Shown here: positions 8,143-16,567 of the stretch, piece by piece
Layout: each line of letters begins with the position of its first letter
Numbering within the stretch: the first letter of the stretch is position 1
NCBI GenBank assembly: GCA_937873695.1
Contig: CALMYL010000030.1
Location: 10,171 to 74,170, forward strand
DNA: 64,000 nucleotides
DNA from: an uncultured Ignavibacteria bacterium
Lineage (GTDB): Bacteria > Bacteroidota > Ignavibacteria > Tepidaquicellales > OLB5
Direction of reading: 5' to 3'
Made by a program: the position numbers and the translations under genes
Notes under the pieces: model-generated
Database searches by the model: none
What the model was told of the DNA's origin: nothing
The model's input: the letters and a program-made list of their open reading frames with translations, nothing else

Positions 8143-9657
8143 TTATTTAATTAAAATGATTTTTTTTGATTCAGAAAAGCTTTGATTATCGGTAAAATTT
8201 ATAAAATAGACACCTGAAGTGTAAGTTTCACCATTTAGTAATACACTATAAAGCCCGACCTGATGCATTCTATTGGCTAATACTTCGACTTCTCGTCCCA
8301 AAGCATCAAATACTTTTATTGTTATGAAAGATGTTTTAGGCACTTCATACTTAATAACAGTAATAGGATTAAACGGATTTGGATAATTTTGATGAATCTT
8401 AAATTTTATGGGAGTACCTGTTTCATTATTATTTATTCCAATAGGATCTGCTTTTGTCGTTTTTAATACATACAAAAACTGTGCATCTATATCTTTTGGC
8501 GGAAAATTAAACGCGTCTCCACAAACAACATAGGTACTATCATCACATAAATCCAAAGATGAGCCTGAGATTTCAAGAGTATCCATAGGGTATGTCTTCT
8601 CCCATATCTTTTCACCAAATGAATCTATTGCAAGTAAAAATGCTTCTGTTACTTTTACACCTGTAATTACGAAAGTGTTATTATAATCAACTTTAACAGC
8701 GCAGTCCGAAGAGCGCAGCGTAAAATAAGTATTGGTATCTCCGTATATCTTAGACCACTGCAAATTTCCTGCACTATCAGTTTTTGTAAAGTATAATTTT
8801 ATATATTGATTCGTGTACCAGATTGTCCCAATAGATAAAAATCCAAAATCAGAAGTTTGGAAAACGGAATTACCAGATTCCTGAAAAGCACTACCATAAC
8901 TTTTTGTCCATAAAGTGTCCCCGTTCATATCTGTCCTAATCAGCAACTTTTGAATGTTATTTATTATGGATATACCACCTGTGAGTATAAACCCACCATT
9001 AGTTAATTGTTTAACATGGTAGATTGTATTTTGTGAATTGTTTGGTCTAATAATATTTGACCAGATTTTATTACCATTGGTATCAATTTTTACCAAATAT
9101 CCTGATCTAATAGTTGGGCTTCCGATTTCGCATTTACCAACAGCTACTATATTCAAATCTGCAGTCTCAATTAAATGATAAAAGTAAATGTCGTAGCCAG
9201 ATTCGTTTATATATTTCAGCCAGACAAGACTTCCCTCTGAACTTAGTTTCACAACTAATCTATCATCCCCAACAGCAACATAATCTCCGGCTTGAGTTTC
9301 TATTACAGAAGTCATTCCTATAGTAACGGGTAAATATCTTACCCATAATGTATCTCCAGCATTATTCAGTTTTGCGACAAAACCTCCATAACCTGCACCT
9401 CCTCTTCTTCCGGCTATAATATAATTTCCATCACTTGTCTGCTTGATTGAATTTCCTGTAGTCCAATTTGAATATAGATAAGTTCTTTGCCACGTTATAC
9501 TTTGTCCAAAACTTGCACTGCATACAATACCGATTAATACCAAGACAAAACTAAATGCTTTAGCATTAATAAAATTTACAAGTTTTTCAGGTATTTTTCT
9601 CATATTTTTAAAAAATAAATCGGTGTGTCTCAGTTTGGTTCGTTTTCCCGTTTTCAC
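8143..9657 (-). CDS. T9SS cargo protein with beta-propeller-like repeats and C-terminal sorting domain
   Basis: 504 aa. Recurrent ..G(D/N).(L/I)W.. repeats (GDTLWVRY, GSLVWLKY, GNKIWSNI, GDTLWTKS, GNLQWSKI, GEKIWEKT). C-terminus HQNYPNPFNPITVIKYEVP...KKIILIK. The real start may be the internal Met at 9603 (MRKIPEKL...). Confidence 0.8.
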   Translation of the reverse strand: MKTGKRTKLRHTDLFFKNMRKIPEKLVNFINAKAFSFVLVLIGIVCSASFGQSITWQRTYLYSNWTTGNSIKQTSDGNYIIAGRRGGAGYGGFVAKLNNAGDTLWVRYLPVTIGMTSVIETQAGDYVAVGDDRLVVKLSSEGSLVWLKYINESGYDIYFYHLIETADLNIVAVGKCEIGSPTIRSGYLVKIDTNGNKIWSNIIRPNNSQNTIYHVKQLTNGGFILTGGISIINNIQKLLIRTDMNGDTLWTKSYGSAFQESGNSVFQTSDFGFLSIGTIWYTNQYIKLYFTKTDSAGNLQWSKIYGDTNTYFTLRSSDCAVKVDYNNTFVITGVKVTEAFLLAIDSFGEKIWEKTYPMDTLEISGSSLDLCDDSTYVVCGDAFNFPPKDIDAQFLYVLKTTKADPIGINNNETGTPIKFKIHQNYPNPFNPITVIKYEVPKTSFITIKVFDALGREVEVLANRMHQVGLYSVLLNGETYTSGVYFINFTDNQSFSESKKIILIK

Positions 9658-9890
9658 AGTAAACTCAAAGGATTCGGGTTATACTTATATTTGTCAATAA
9701 CAAATTACAATATTTATTGTCAATTGTCAAGCATAAAATGATCTTCAATTCGAGAAAAGAAGTTATATTTCAGCATCAAGGCTAAGGTAATTATAGTTGG
9801 CTATTGTATTTATAGATTGCAATACAAATGTAATTCGCAGTATAGGCAGAATAATGATTTGCGTCATAAAAAAGCCGTCCTCAGTGTTTT

Positions 9891-9921
9891 AGACCTGCCA
9901 GGTCTTAAAGACCTGGCAGGT
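9891..9921. repeat. Strong hairpin ACCTGCCAGGTC-TTAAA-GACCTGGCAGGT followed by TTTT
   Basis: 12 perfect base pairs checked position by position. It is related in form to the hairpin at 18803-18825. Confidence 0.8.
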
Positions 9922-10025
9922 TTTGGCCATGCATTAAAAGAGACACCACATCCCCGCTCATCTGGTGACCTTCTAATGCAATCGCACCTAAAGTCACCTA
10001 ATGTGTTTCTGCAGCTATTTTTTAC

Positions 10026-10054
10026 TTGACAAATCATTTGGCATATATTATATT
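10026..10054 (+). promoter_or_regulatory. Sigma70-type promoter candidate (TTGACA-17 nt-TATATT) heading a conserved leader block
   Basis: Spacing counted directly. The -10 element and about 55 nt downstream are paralogous to 19715-19797. Confidence 0.55.
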
Positions 10055-10342
10055 ACGCCTATATGCATATCGCATATAACAAACAAATCCCTTTTATTAT
10101 GAAACATCAAAATATTCTTAACTCTTTCCGTATTTTCGGCAGGAATAGTTTTCCAGTCGTTCGAATTTTTAGAAAGCCTGAATATCACTCAGTTTTGAGG
10201 AATTCAATTTTCCAGTCTTTCGGCGTTTTAGCCCCTAAAGGCTGGAATAACGCCAAATCCAGAGCGCATTGGGCATTCTAATCGGTCAACAATTTATTTT
10301 TTTCGCGCCAATTTCTGGAATTCTAATCGTTCGTTTATGTTG

Positions 10343-10370
10343 GTTGTTGGTGAAAACACCAACAAAGGGG
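10343..10370. repeat. Loop-deleted, inverted copy of the 46-nt palindromic element
   Basis: GTTGTTGGTGAA + AACACCAACAAAGGGG equals the reverse complement of 5201-5246 with 18 loop nt missing. The arms match at 27/28 positions. Confidence 0.7.
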
Positions 10371-10438
10371 TAAAAAACAATACTCTTTAGCTCCGTTAGG
10401 AGCGTTATGTTTGTAGATTGAAATATCCCCGATTATCA

Positions 10439-10475
10439 AGCTCCGCTCCGAAGGAGCCCCTTTGGGGTAGGAGCG
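10439..10475. repeat. Composite of nested hairpins (GCTCC ... GGAGC enclosing GCTCC-GAA-GGAGC and CCCC-TTT-GGGG)
   Basis: Read directly. A simpler GCTCC-GTTA-GGAGC hairpin lies at 10390-10403. Confidence 0.6.
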
Positions 10476-10789
10476 ACATGTTGATTTTTCAGTTTTCCTC
10501 ATAGAAGTCATAATCAAGAGCTATACGGTTTTCCCTGTTTTGAACACCATACCGTTCCCCGGTTTCGAAGTGTGATGTTTATCCTTAAGACTCCTATTGT
10601 TGGAAAGAAGGGTAAACACGGTATTTACACCCTGGCAGGACCGCAAACGGGTTGGCTCTATTTTCCTTGAAACACCATCTATTTATTAGTAATTTACCCA
10701 GATATTTTACAAAAATGCTGAAATTTTAACTCTGCTTTATTGATTATATACTTAATAAGCAGGTAAATCACAGGAAGATCCGTATTTAA

Positions 10790-11512
10790 TTGAACAGGCA
10801 CTTTGAAAATAACTCCTTATCCTTACGGGGAACTGTATTTTTAGGATTTTTCCTGAGGAAATTTACGGTATTTTTGTATCTTGCGGCAATAGTTGCGGCT
10901 GTTTTTTGCCCGCCAGCGGTATTTGCGCAAACAAACATAAAGAGCAATCTCGAAGTATTTGAGCAGGAGATATCCGGCGAGCTGGAAAAATTCTTTTTCC
11001 TGCCCGGCGTTAATCGCGATGTGAAGTTTGTATTTTGGGTAAGCTCACCAAAAAAGAGCAAGGAAGATAAGAAGTTCATTGAAAGCGTCGTAAAAAAGAC
11101 CGCCGAGAGGAACAAGCTTAAATATTCCATAGCCAAAGATGAAGTTATGGATTCACCCGATACGGTTTACAATAAATGCGCCATAACGGTGAATAAGCTA
11201 TACACAGATTATACCAAGCTTATCAAAAACGGCTTCCTTGGTGAAAAATCCATGCAGCGCGAAATTACTTCATCACTTGATGTAAATATTTCATCAAACA
11301 ATGGTGAAGTATTGGTTAGTGATGAAATTAAGACTAAGTATGATGATGAAATTCCGTATGATGATTACACACAGTTTGAAAGTGCGGAATACAAATTTAC
11401 ACAATCAACACAGCCTGATATAAGCCTGCTGGAATCAATAATTTTTCCGGCGGCTGTAGTAACACTCTCGGCAGTAGCAGCAATACTGTTTTTTTCTATA
11501 AGATCGAAATAA
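10790..11512 (+). CDS. Hypothetical membrane-anchored/secreted protein upstream of bamD
   Basis: 240 aa. Signal-like segment FLYLAAIVAAVFCPPAVFAQ and a C-terminal TM helix (IIFPAAVVTLSAVAAILFF). The start (TTG at 10790) is uncertain. Confidence 0.55.
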   Translation: MNRHFENNSLSLRGTVFLGFFLRKFTVFLYLAAIVAAVFCPPAVFAQTNIKSNLEVFEQEISGELEKFFFLPGVNRDVKFVFWVSSPKKSKEDKKFIESVVKKTAERNKLKYSIAKDEVMDSPDTVYNKCAITVNKLYTDYTKLIKNGFLGEKSMQREITSSLDVNISSNNGEVLVSDEIKTKYDDEIPYDDYTQFESAEYKFTQSTQPDISLLESIIFPAAVVTLSAVAAILFFSIRSK

Positions 11513-11531
11513 GAAAGATAAAATATAACAA

Positions 11532-12308
11532 TTGAAAAAACTCAAATTATCAGCACTCGTTTTAATTGCCCTCTTTACTGTTCAGTTTTTAGCCGGATGC
11601 GGTTCATCGAAGACCGATATTACAACAGATGACCCGGAAACAGCTTTCAGCATTGCAAAGAAGAAATACGATAAACGTGATTATGTTGAAGCTATCGATG
11701 ACTTCTCATTCATTAAAATTCGTTTCCCGGGAACCGATATATCGGATAAAGTGCAGTTCTACCTGGCATCAAGCTATTTCTACCAGAAAGAATACATACT
11801 GGCAGCATATGAATTCGAGAGCTTCCTTAAGAACTTTCCGCTCAGCCCGCTTAATCCCGAAGGCAAGTATATGCTTGGCAATACTTATTATGAGCTCTCA
11901 CCAAAATCATCGCTTGACCAGCAGTTCACCCTGGAGGCTATGAACCAGTTCCTTTCATATATCGAAACTTACCCGCAGGATAAAAATGTACCTGATGCTG
12001 AACGGAAAATTAAGGAATTGCGCAATAAGCTTGCTTACAAAAATTACTTTACCGCTGAGCTTTACATGAAGACCGATAACTATAAAGCCGCTTCGCTGTA
12101 CTTTCAGGCAGTGTATGATGAGTATATTGATTCCGACTGGGCTGATGATGCAATGGTGGGACAGGCCGAAGCCTTCATAAACGGCAAACGGTACGAAGAC
12201 GCGAAAAAAGTGCTGGATAAATTCAACAAACTTTTCCCCAACAGCAATCTTAAAACAAAAGCTTCCAGGCTTGAAAACCGCATAAAGGAACTGCAGGCAG
12301 GAAAATAA
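11532..12308 (+). CDS. bamD: Outer membrane protein assembly factor BamD (TPR lipoprotein)
   Basis: 258 aa with lipobox FLAGCGSS and a YfiO-type TPR body (AKKKYDKRDYVEAIDDF, YLASSYFYQKEY). Confidence 0.85.
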   Translation: MKKLKLSALVLIALFTVQFLAGCGSSKTDITTDDPETAFSIAKKKYDKRDYVEAIDDFSFIKIRFPGTDISDKVQFYLASSYFYQKEYILAAYEFESFLKNFPLSPLNPEGKYMLGNTYYELSPKSSLDQQFTLEAMNQFLSYIETYPQDKNVPDAERKIKELRNKLAYKNYFTAELYMKTDNYKAASLYFQAVYDEYIDSDWADDAMVGQAEAFINGKRYEDAKKVLDKFNKLFPNSNLKTKASRLENRIKELQAGK

Positions 12309-12338
12309 TTCCCGCGGGCAAATAATTTTAACTTATTA

Positions 12339-12830
12339 ATGAGCGAACTGAAACCAAAAACTATGAAGGAATCACAGGTTACTATGATAGAACTTGTGCT
12401 GCCCAATGATACCAACATATTAAAGAACTTGCTTGGCGGAAGGCTTATGCACTGGATGGATATTGCCGCGGCCATGGCCGCATCAAGGCACTGCCATAAC
12501 GTTGCCGTTACCGCAGTTGTTGATGACCTTTCCTTCCATGAGCCTATAAGGCTTGGCAACATTGTATCACTTTGCGCAAACGTTAACCGCGCTTTCAATA
12601 CCTCTATGGAAGTAGGCGTAAAGGTTGAAGTTGAAGATTTTAAGACCGGCGAAAAGAAACACTCAAACAGCGCGTATTTTACGTTTGTGAGCGTGGATAC
12701 TGATACTTACAAAAAAATGCCCGTACCTCCTATTATTCCCGAAACACCGGAAGAAAAAAAGTGGTACAACGATGCTTTGATACGCAGGGAGCAGAGACTG
12801 AACCAAAAACACGGCATTATTCATAATTAA
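12339..12830 (+). CDS. Acyl-CoA thioesterase (hotdog fold, YciA-like)
   Basis: 163 aa with MIELVLPNDTNILKNLLGGRLMHWMDIAAAMAASRH. Confidence 0.85.
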   Translation: MSELKPKTMKESQVTMIELVLPNDTNILKNLLGGRLMHWMDIAAAMAASRHCHNVAVTAVVDDLSFHEPIRLGNIVSLCANVNRAFNTSMEVGVKVEVEDFKTGEKKHSNSAYFTFVSVDTDTYKKMPVPPIIPETPEEKKWYNDALIRREQRLNQKHGIIHN

Positions 12831-12844
12831 TACAACTAAAATTA

Positions 12845-13537
12845 ATGCCGGAAAATATACCAGCTAATAATACACCAGCTAACAATACTTCAGGAAGCAG
12901 CATAATGCTAAAAGCAGTTAACCTTACGAGAAAATTTGACAGAAAAGTAATTTTTGAAAATGTGAACTTCGAGCTCACCCCCTCAAGCGCAACCGCTATA
13001 ACCGGCAGGAACGGCTCGGGGAAATCTACTTTGATAAAAATAATCGCCAACCTGCTTATTCAATCATCAGGCGAGCTTAGCCTTTTTGATGGCGGCGAAA
13101 AAGTTAAGAAGGAAAATGTATTTAAATACATCGGGTTTGTATCGCCATATCTGAATCTATATGATGAATTTACCGGATACGAGAACCTGAAAATAATTTC
13201 CGATATCCGCGGTTCGGGTCACGGAAATATTGATAATGTCTTGAAGCGGGTTGGACTCTACAACAGGCGCAATGACCTGCTGAAAATTTATTCCTCGGGA
13301 ATGAAGCAAAGGCTGAAAATAGCCTTTGCCATTTTACATGAGCCGAAAATTATGCTGCTTGATGAACCTACAAGTAATCTGGATCTCGAAGGGATATCCG
13401 TGGTTGATGATATCGCCAATGAATATAAGCGTGACCGCATACTGATAATCGCAACAAACGATGCGCATGAGCGCTCTTTGTGCGGCAATGAGATAAATCT
13501 GAATGAAAACATAGGCAAGAAAAAAGAAAATGTTTAA
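12845..13537 (+). CDS. ccmA: ABC transporter ATP-binding protein, heme exporter CcmA-like
   Basis: 230 aa with Walker A GRNGSGKST, signature SSGMKQR and Walker B LLLDEP. It overlaps the ccmB-like gene. The likely true start is ATG 12905 (MLKAVNL). Confidence 0.7.
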   Translation: MPENIPANNTPANNTSGSSIMLKAVNLTRKFDRKVIFENVNFELTPSSATAITGRNGSGKSTLIKIIANLLIQSSGELSLFDGGEKVKKENVFKYIGFVSPYLNLYDEFTGYENLKIISDIRGSGHGNIDNVLKRVGLYNRRNDLLKIYSSGMKQRLKIAFAILHEPKIMLLDEPTSNLDLEGISVVDDIANEYKRDRILIIATNDAHERSLCGNEINLNENIGKKKENV

Positions 13538-14192
13538 ACAGGCACTGGCAATATGTAAAAAAGATTTTAACAGCGAGATCCGCACGCGGTACGCCGTGAA
13601 CGCCCTGCTTATGTTCATTATTGTAGTAATTTCGGTCATAAAATTTTCTCTCGGTGAAGATAAACTTTCCAGCGATATGAACGCAGGGCTGCTTTGGATA
13701 ATCATATTTTTTGCCACTTCAAACGGACTCTCACGGGTTTTTGTATCTGAAGAAGAGCGCGGCACATCACTTGTACTGAAATTAAGTTCTGCAGCAGGTT
13801 CAGTTTTTCTGGGTAAACTTATATTTAATACGCTTTTAACATTCATAATAAATTTCCTGATAATTTTTCTTTATATTATTATTACCGGGCTGGATATAAA
13901 GAACCTTGCGTTGTTTTCATTAACTATCGCTCTGGGTAACCTGGGCCTCTCAGCAGTAATGACAATTATCGCCGCATTGATATCCAAGGCAAGCTCAAAA
14001 GGTACACTGTACCCCGTGCTGTCATTTCCGCTATTATTGCCTTTACTGCTTGCAGCAATAAGCGCAACTACGCTAACAATAGATGGAGCGCCGATGGGCG
14101 CTATTGCAGGTGAGCTGCAGATGATAGGTTCATATACAGTAGTTGTAATTACAGCCTCATTCCTGCTTTTCGAGCTGGTTTGGCACGATTGA
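13530..14192 (+). CDS. ccmB: Heme exporter protein CcmB
   Basis: 220 aa, six predicted TM segments. LLWIIIFFATSNGLSRVFVSEEERGTSLVL aligns with the CcmB core. Confidence 0.75.
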   Translation: MFKQALAICKKDFNSEIRTRYAVNALLMFIIVVISVIKFSLGEDKLSSDMNAGLLWIIIFFATSNGLSRVFVSEEERGTSLVLKLSSAAGSVFLGKLIFNTLLTFIINFLIIFLYIIITGLDIKNLALFSLTIALGNLGLSAVMTIIAALISKASSKGTLYPVLSFPLLLPLLLAAISATTLTIDGAPMGAIAGELQMIGSYTVVVITASFLLFELVWHD

Positions 14193-14341
14193 ACTTACAG
14201 GCGTTAAAACACACCCGTATTGTCATCTCTTAACTGAATTTTAATAAATTTAAGATATAAAGGAAGAGCTACAAGAATAACAATCACTGTTAATATTAAA
14301 CAGTGTAAAAATTTTTACACCCCTTTACTGCCAATAATAAC

Positions 14342-14370
14342 TTGACATATCGGTAAAAAAATTTTAGATT
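14342..14370 (+). promoter_or_regulatory. Sigma70-type promoter candidate (TTGACA-17 nt-TAGATT) for the TPR gene
   Basis: Spacing counted directly. A GAGGA Shine-Dalgarno sequence lies just before the TTG start at 14392. Confidence 0.55.
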
Positions 14371-14391
14371 GAACCAACAAAACAAGAGGAA

Positions 14392-15807
14392 TTGCCGTTG
14401 GGGTATTTTGACGATATCGAATTCGAAGAAGGTTCAAAAAAGAAAAATCTGGATAAAGAACAGCTCATAGAGGCCCTGCTTAACAGGCGTGAGCGTATTA
14501 TGCCCGATCTCGATATTGATTCCATAGATGATATTGTAAATTACCTGCTGGAAAAGAACCTCCACACCAAGGCAATAACCTGCCTTAACACACTGCTTGA
14601 TTATTTTCCGTATTCCAATGAAATCTGGCAGCGAAAAGCCATAATATACGATCATAAAGGAGAGTATTCAAAAGCGCTGGAGTGCTTTGACCAGGCTATA
14701 AACCTGAACCCGAATGATGAAGAAGCGCTTATCAACAAAGGCATTACTCTTGATAATTCCGGTTCGTTTACGGAATCAATTGAATGCTTTGATACTGTGC
14801 TTAACTTCGCGCCTAATAATATTGACGCGCTTTTTAACAAGGGGCTCATCCTCGAAAAAGTTGATAAATTCGAAGAAGCCATAGCATGTTTCCAGAAGAT
14901 CATAGCGCTTGACCCTGACCATAAGGATTCATATTACGAAATGGGTTACTGCTTTGATTATATTGACAGGCTCCAGGATTCACTTTCAGCTTACGAAAAG
15001 CATATTGGCATCGTACCATTCAATTACAATGCGTGGTATAACAAGGGTGTAGTACTCAGCCGTATGGGCAGATATTATTACGCTATCGAAGCATATGAAA
15101 TGGCGCTCTCGGTCAATCCAAAGTTCGCCTCGGCATGGTACAACAAAGGCAATGCATACGCAAGCCTTGGCATACTAACGCGCGCAATTGAAGATTACCG
15201 GACAGCTCTTGGCATCAACAGGAAAGATGTTTACGCATTATATAACCTGGCAAGCGCATATGAGCAAATGTCTGATTACAAAGGCGCTATTGAGTATTTT
15301 ACAAAAGCTGTTATGATAGAACCCGGGCATTATGAATCATACTTCGGCAGGGGCAACTGCTATTACCAGATTGAGGATTTTAACAAGGCGCTCAGGGATT
15401 ACGATAAAGCCGTTGAACTCTTCAAGGAAAATCCTGAGCTTTGGTATGCAAAAGCTGATGCTGAATACAATCTGGGCAGGATGCATGAATCAATTGTAAG
15501 CTACAAAACCGTACTTAAGCTTAGCCCTGATAATCACCAGGCATCTCTTGATCTTGCGAATACTTACATTGATACCGAGCAGTTTAAACTGGCTGATGAA
15601 ATATTAACAGCGCTTATCAGCCTTAAAACAGCATGGGCTGAGCCATATTACGCCAAAGCGAAACTGTATTTCCTGGTAGCTGAAGTTGAGCTTGGATTGA
15701 AGTATATCGAAATGGCTTTCATGATAAATCCGGATGAACGCTTTGAGTTTGATTTTGAAAGAGATTGGGAAAAAGTCCTTCAGTTCCTGATCGCAAGGGA
15801 TAATTAG
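14392..15807 (+). CDS. Tetratricopeptide (TPR) repeat protein
   Basis: 471 aa with more than 10 tandem 34-residue units (A..Y..AL.L.P....A..N.G). Confidence 0.85.
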   Translation: MPLGYFDDIEFEEGSKKKNLDKEQLIEALLNRRERIMPDLDIDSIDDIVNYLLEKNLHTKAITCLNTLLDYFPYSNEIWQRKAIIYDHKGEYSKALECFDQAINLNPNDEEALINKGITLDNSGSFTESIECFDTVLNFAPNNIDALFNKGLILEKVDKFEEAIACFQKIIALDPDHKDSYYEMGYCFDYIDRLQDSLSAYEKHIGIVPFNYNAWYNKGVVLSRMGRYYYAIEAYEMALSVNPKFASAWYNKGNAYASLGILTRAIEDYRTALGINRKDVYALYNLASAYEQMSDYKGAIEYFTKAVMIEPGHYESYFGRGNCYYQIEDFNKALRDYDKAVELFKENPELWYAKADAEYNLGRMHESIVSYKTVLKLSPDNHQASLDLANTYIDTEQFKLADEILTALISLKTAWAEPYYAKAKLYFLVAEVELGLKYIEMAFMINPDERFEFDFERDWEKVLQFLIARDN

Positions 15808-15852
15808 AGTTTCAGGTACAAGGGGTTAAAGTTTGTGAAAGTTTCAGGAGGA

Positions 15853-15870
15853 AAGGGGTTGCAACCCCTT
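15853..15870. terminator. Bidirectional terminator hairpin AAGGGG-TTGCAA-CCCCTT between convergent genes
   Basis: Read directly. T-rich flank on the plus strand and A-rich flank upstream. Confidence 0.6.
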
Positions 15871-15886
15871 ATTCTTTTTATAAAAG

Positions 15887-16555
15887 CTACTCCTTTATAA
15901 CAACATCCAGAACTTTTTTATCTTTTATCTGAAGCAGGCGTTTGCTTTTAAGCCTGCGGACAATATCATAATTGTGAGTGGCAATAAACACCGCTGTACC
16001 TTTATAATTTATGTTCAGCAATAACTTGATTATCTCAAACGATACAAACGGATCAAGATTCCCTGTAGGCTCATCGGCAATCAGTATATACGGCTCATTT
16101 ACCATTGCGCGCGCTATTGAAACTCTTTGCTGCTCGCCGCCGGATAGCTCATTCGGCATTTTTTTGTAGGAGTCAAATACACCAACTTCGTTCAATACAT
16201 TATATACTTTCTTCTTTATTATATCCGGTTTCATTCCGGCAAGGTACAAAGGAAGCGCAACATTTTCAAACACATCCCTGTCATTCAGCAGCTTGTAATC
16301 CTGGAATACAAAACCTATCTTTCTCCGCAGCACCGGGATCTCAGGCTTTTTTATATATCTGGAATTGAACCCGTACACAACAAGCTCGCCGGACTGCGGG
16401 AACAGCTCCATGTTTATCATCCTCAGCAGGCTGGTTTTGCCTGTACCGCTCTCGCCAATAAGAAAAACAAATTCCCCTTTATCTATCTGGAATGAAACAT
16501 CTGTAAATAATTCTTTAGATGGATAAGCGTATGAAATGTTATTGAAATTTATCAA
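15887..16555 (-). CDS. ftsE: Cell division ATP-binding protein FtsE
   Basis: 222 aa: MINFNNISYAYP...GESGTGKTSLLRMI...LSGGEQQRVSIARA...ADEPTGNLD. Confidence 0.85.
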   Translation of the reverse strand: MINFNNISYAYPSKELFTDVSFQIDKGEFVFLIGESGTGKTSLLRMINMELFPQSGELVVYGFNSRYIKKPEIPVLRRKIGFVFQDYKLLNDRDVFENVALPLYLAGMKPDIIKKKVYNVLNEVGVFDSYKKMPNELSGGEQQRVSIARAMVNEPYILIADEPTGNLDPFVSFEIIKLLLNINYKGTAVFIATHNYDIVRRLKSKRLLQIKDKKVLDVVIKE

Positions 16556-16567
16556 TTATTTTCCGTT

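Noticed and set aside
10063-10281. The track ORFs 10063-10281 (72 aa) and 19752-20063 (103 aa) share an N-terminus MH(I/T)AY.K...F.MK, which hints at paralogous small proteins
   Set aside because: The similarity is limited to the roughly 45 nt that belong to the conserved promoter/leader block, and the two sequences diverge completely after it. Their compositions (R/F/S/N-rich, no domains) and the lack of ribosome-binding sites are not protein-like. I treat them as non-coding conservation.
12857-12886. A 15-nt tandem duplication (ATACCAGCTAATAAT / ACACCAGCTAACAAT) that encodes IPANNTPANNT at the 5' end of the ccmA-like ORF
   Set aside because: It lies upstream of the more plausible start (ATG 12905, MLKAVNL...), which gives a normal ABC ATPase N-terminus. 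It is probably an intergenic micro-duplication rather than a coding repeat, and I saw nothing else unusual about it.
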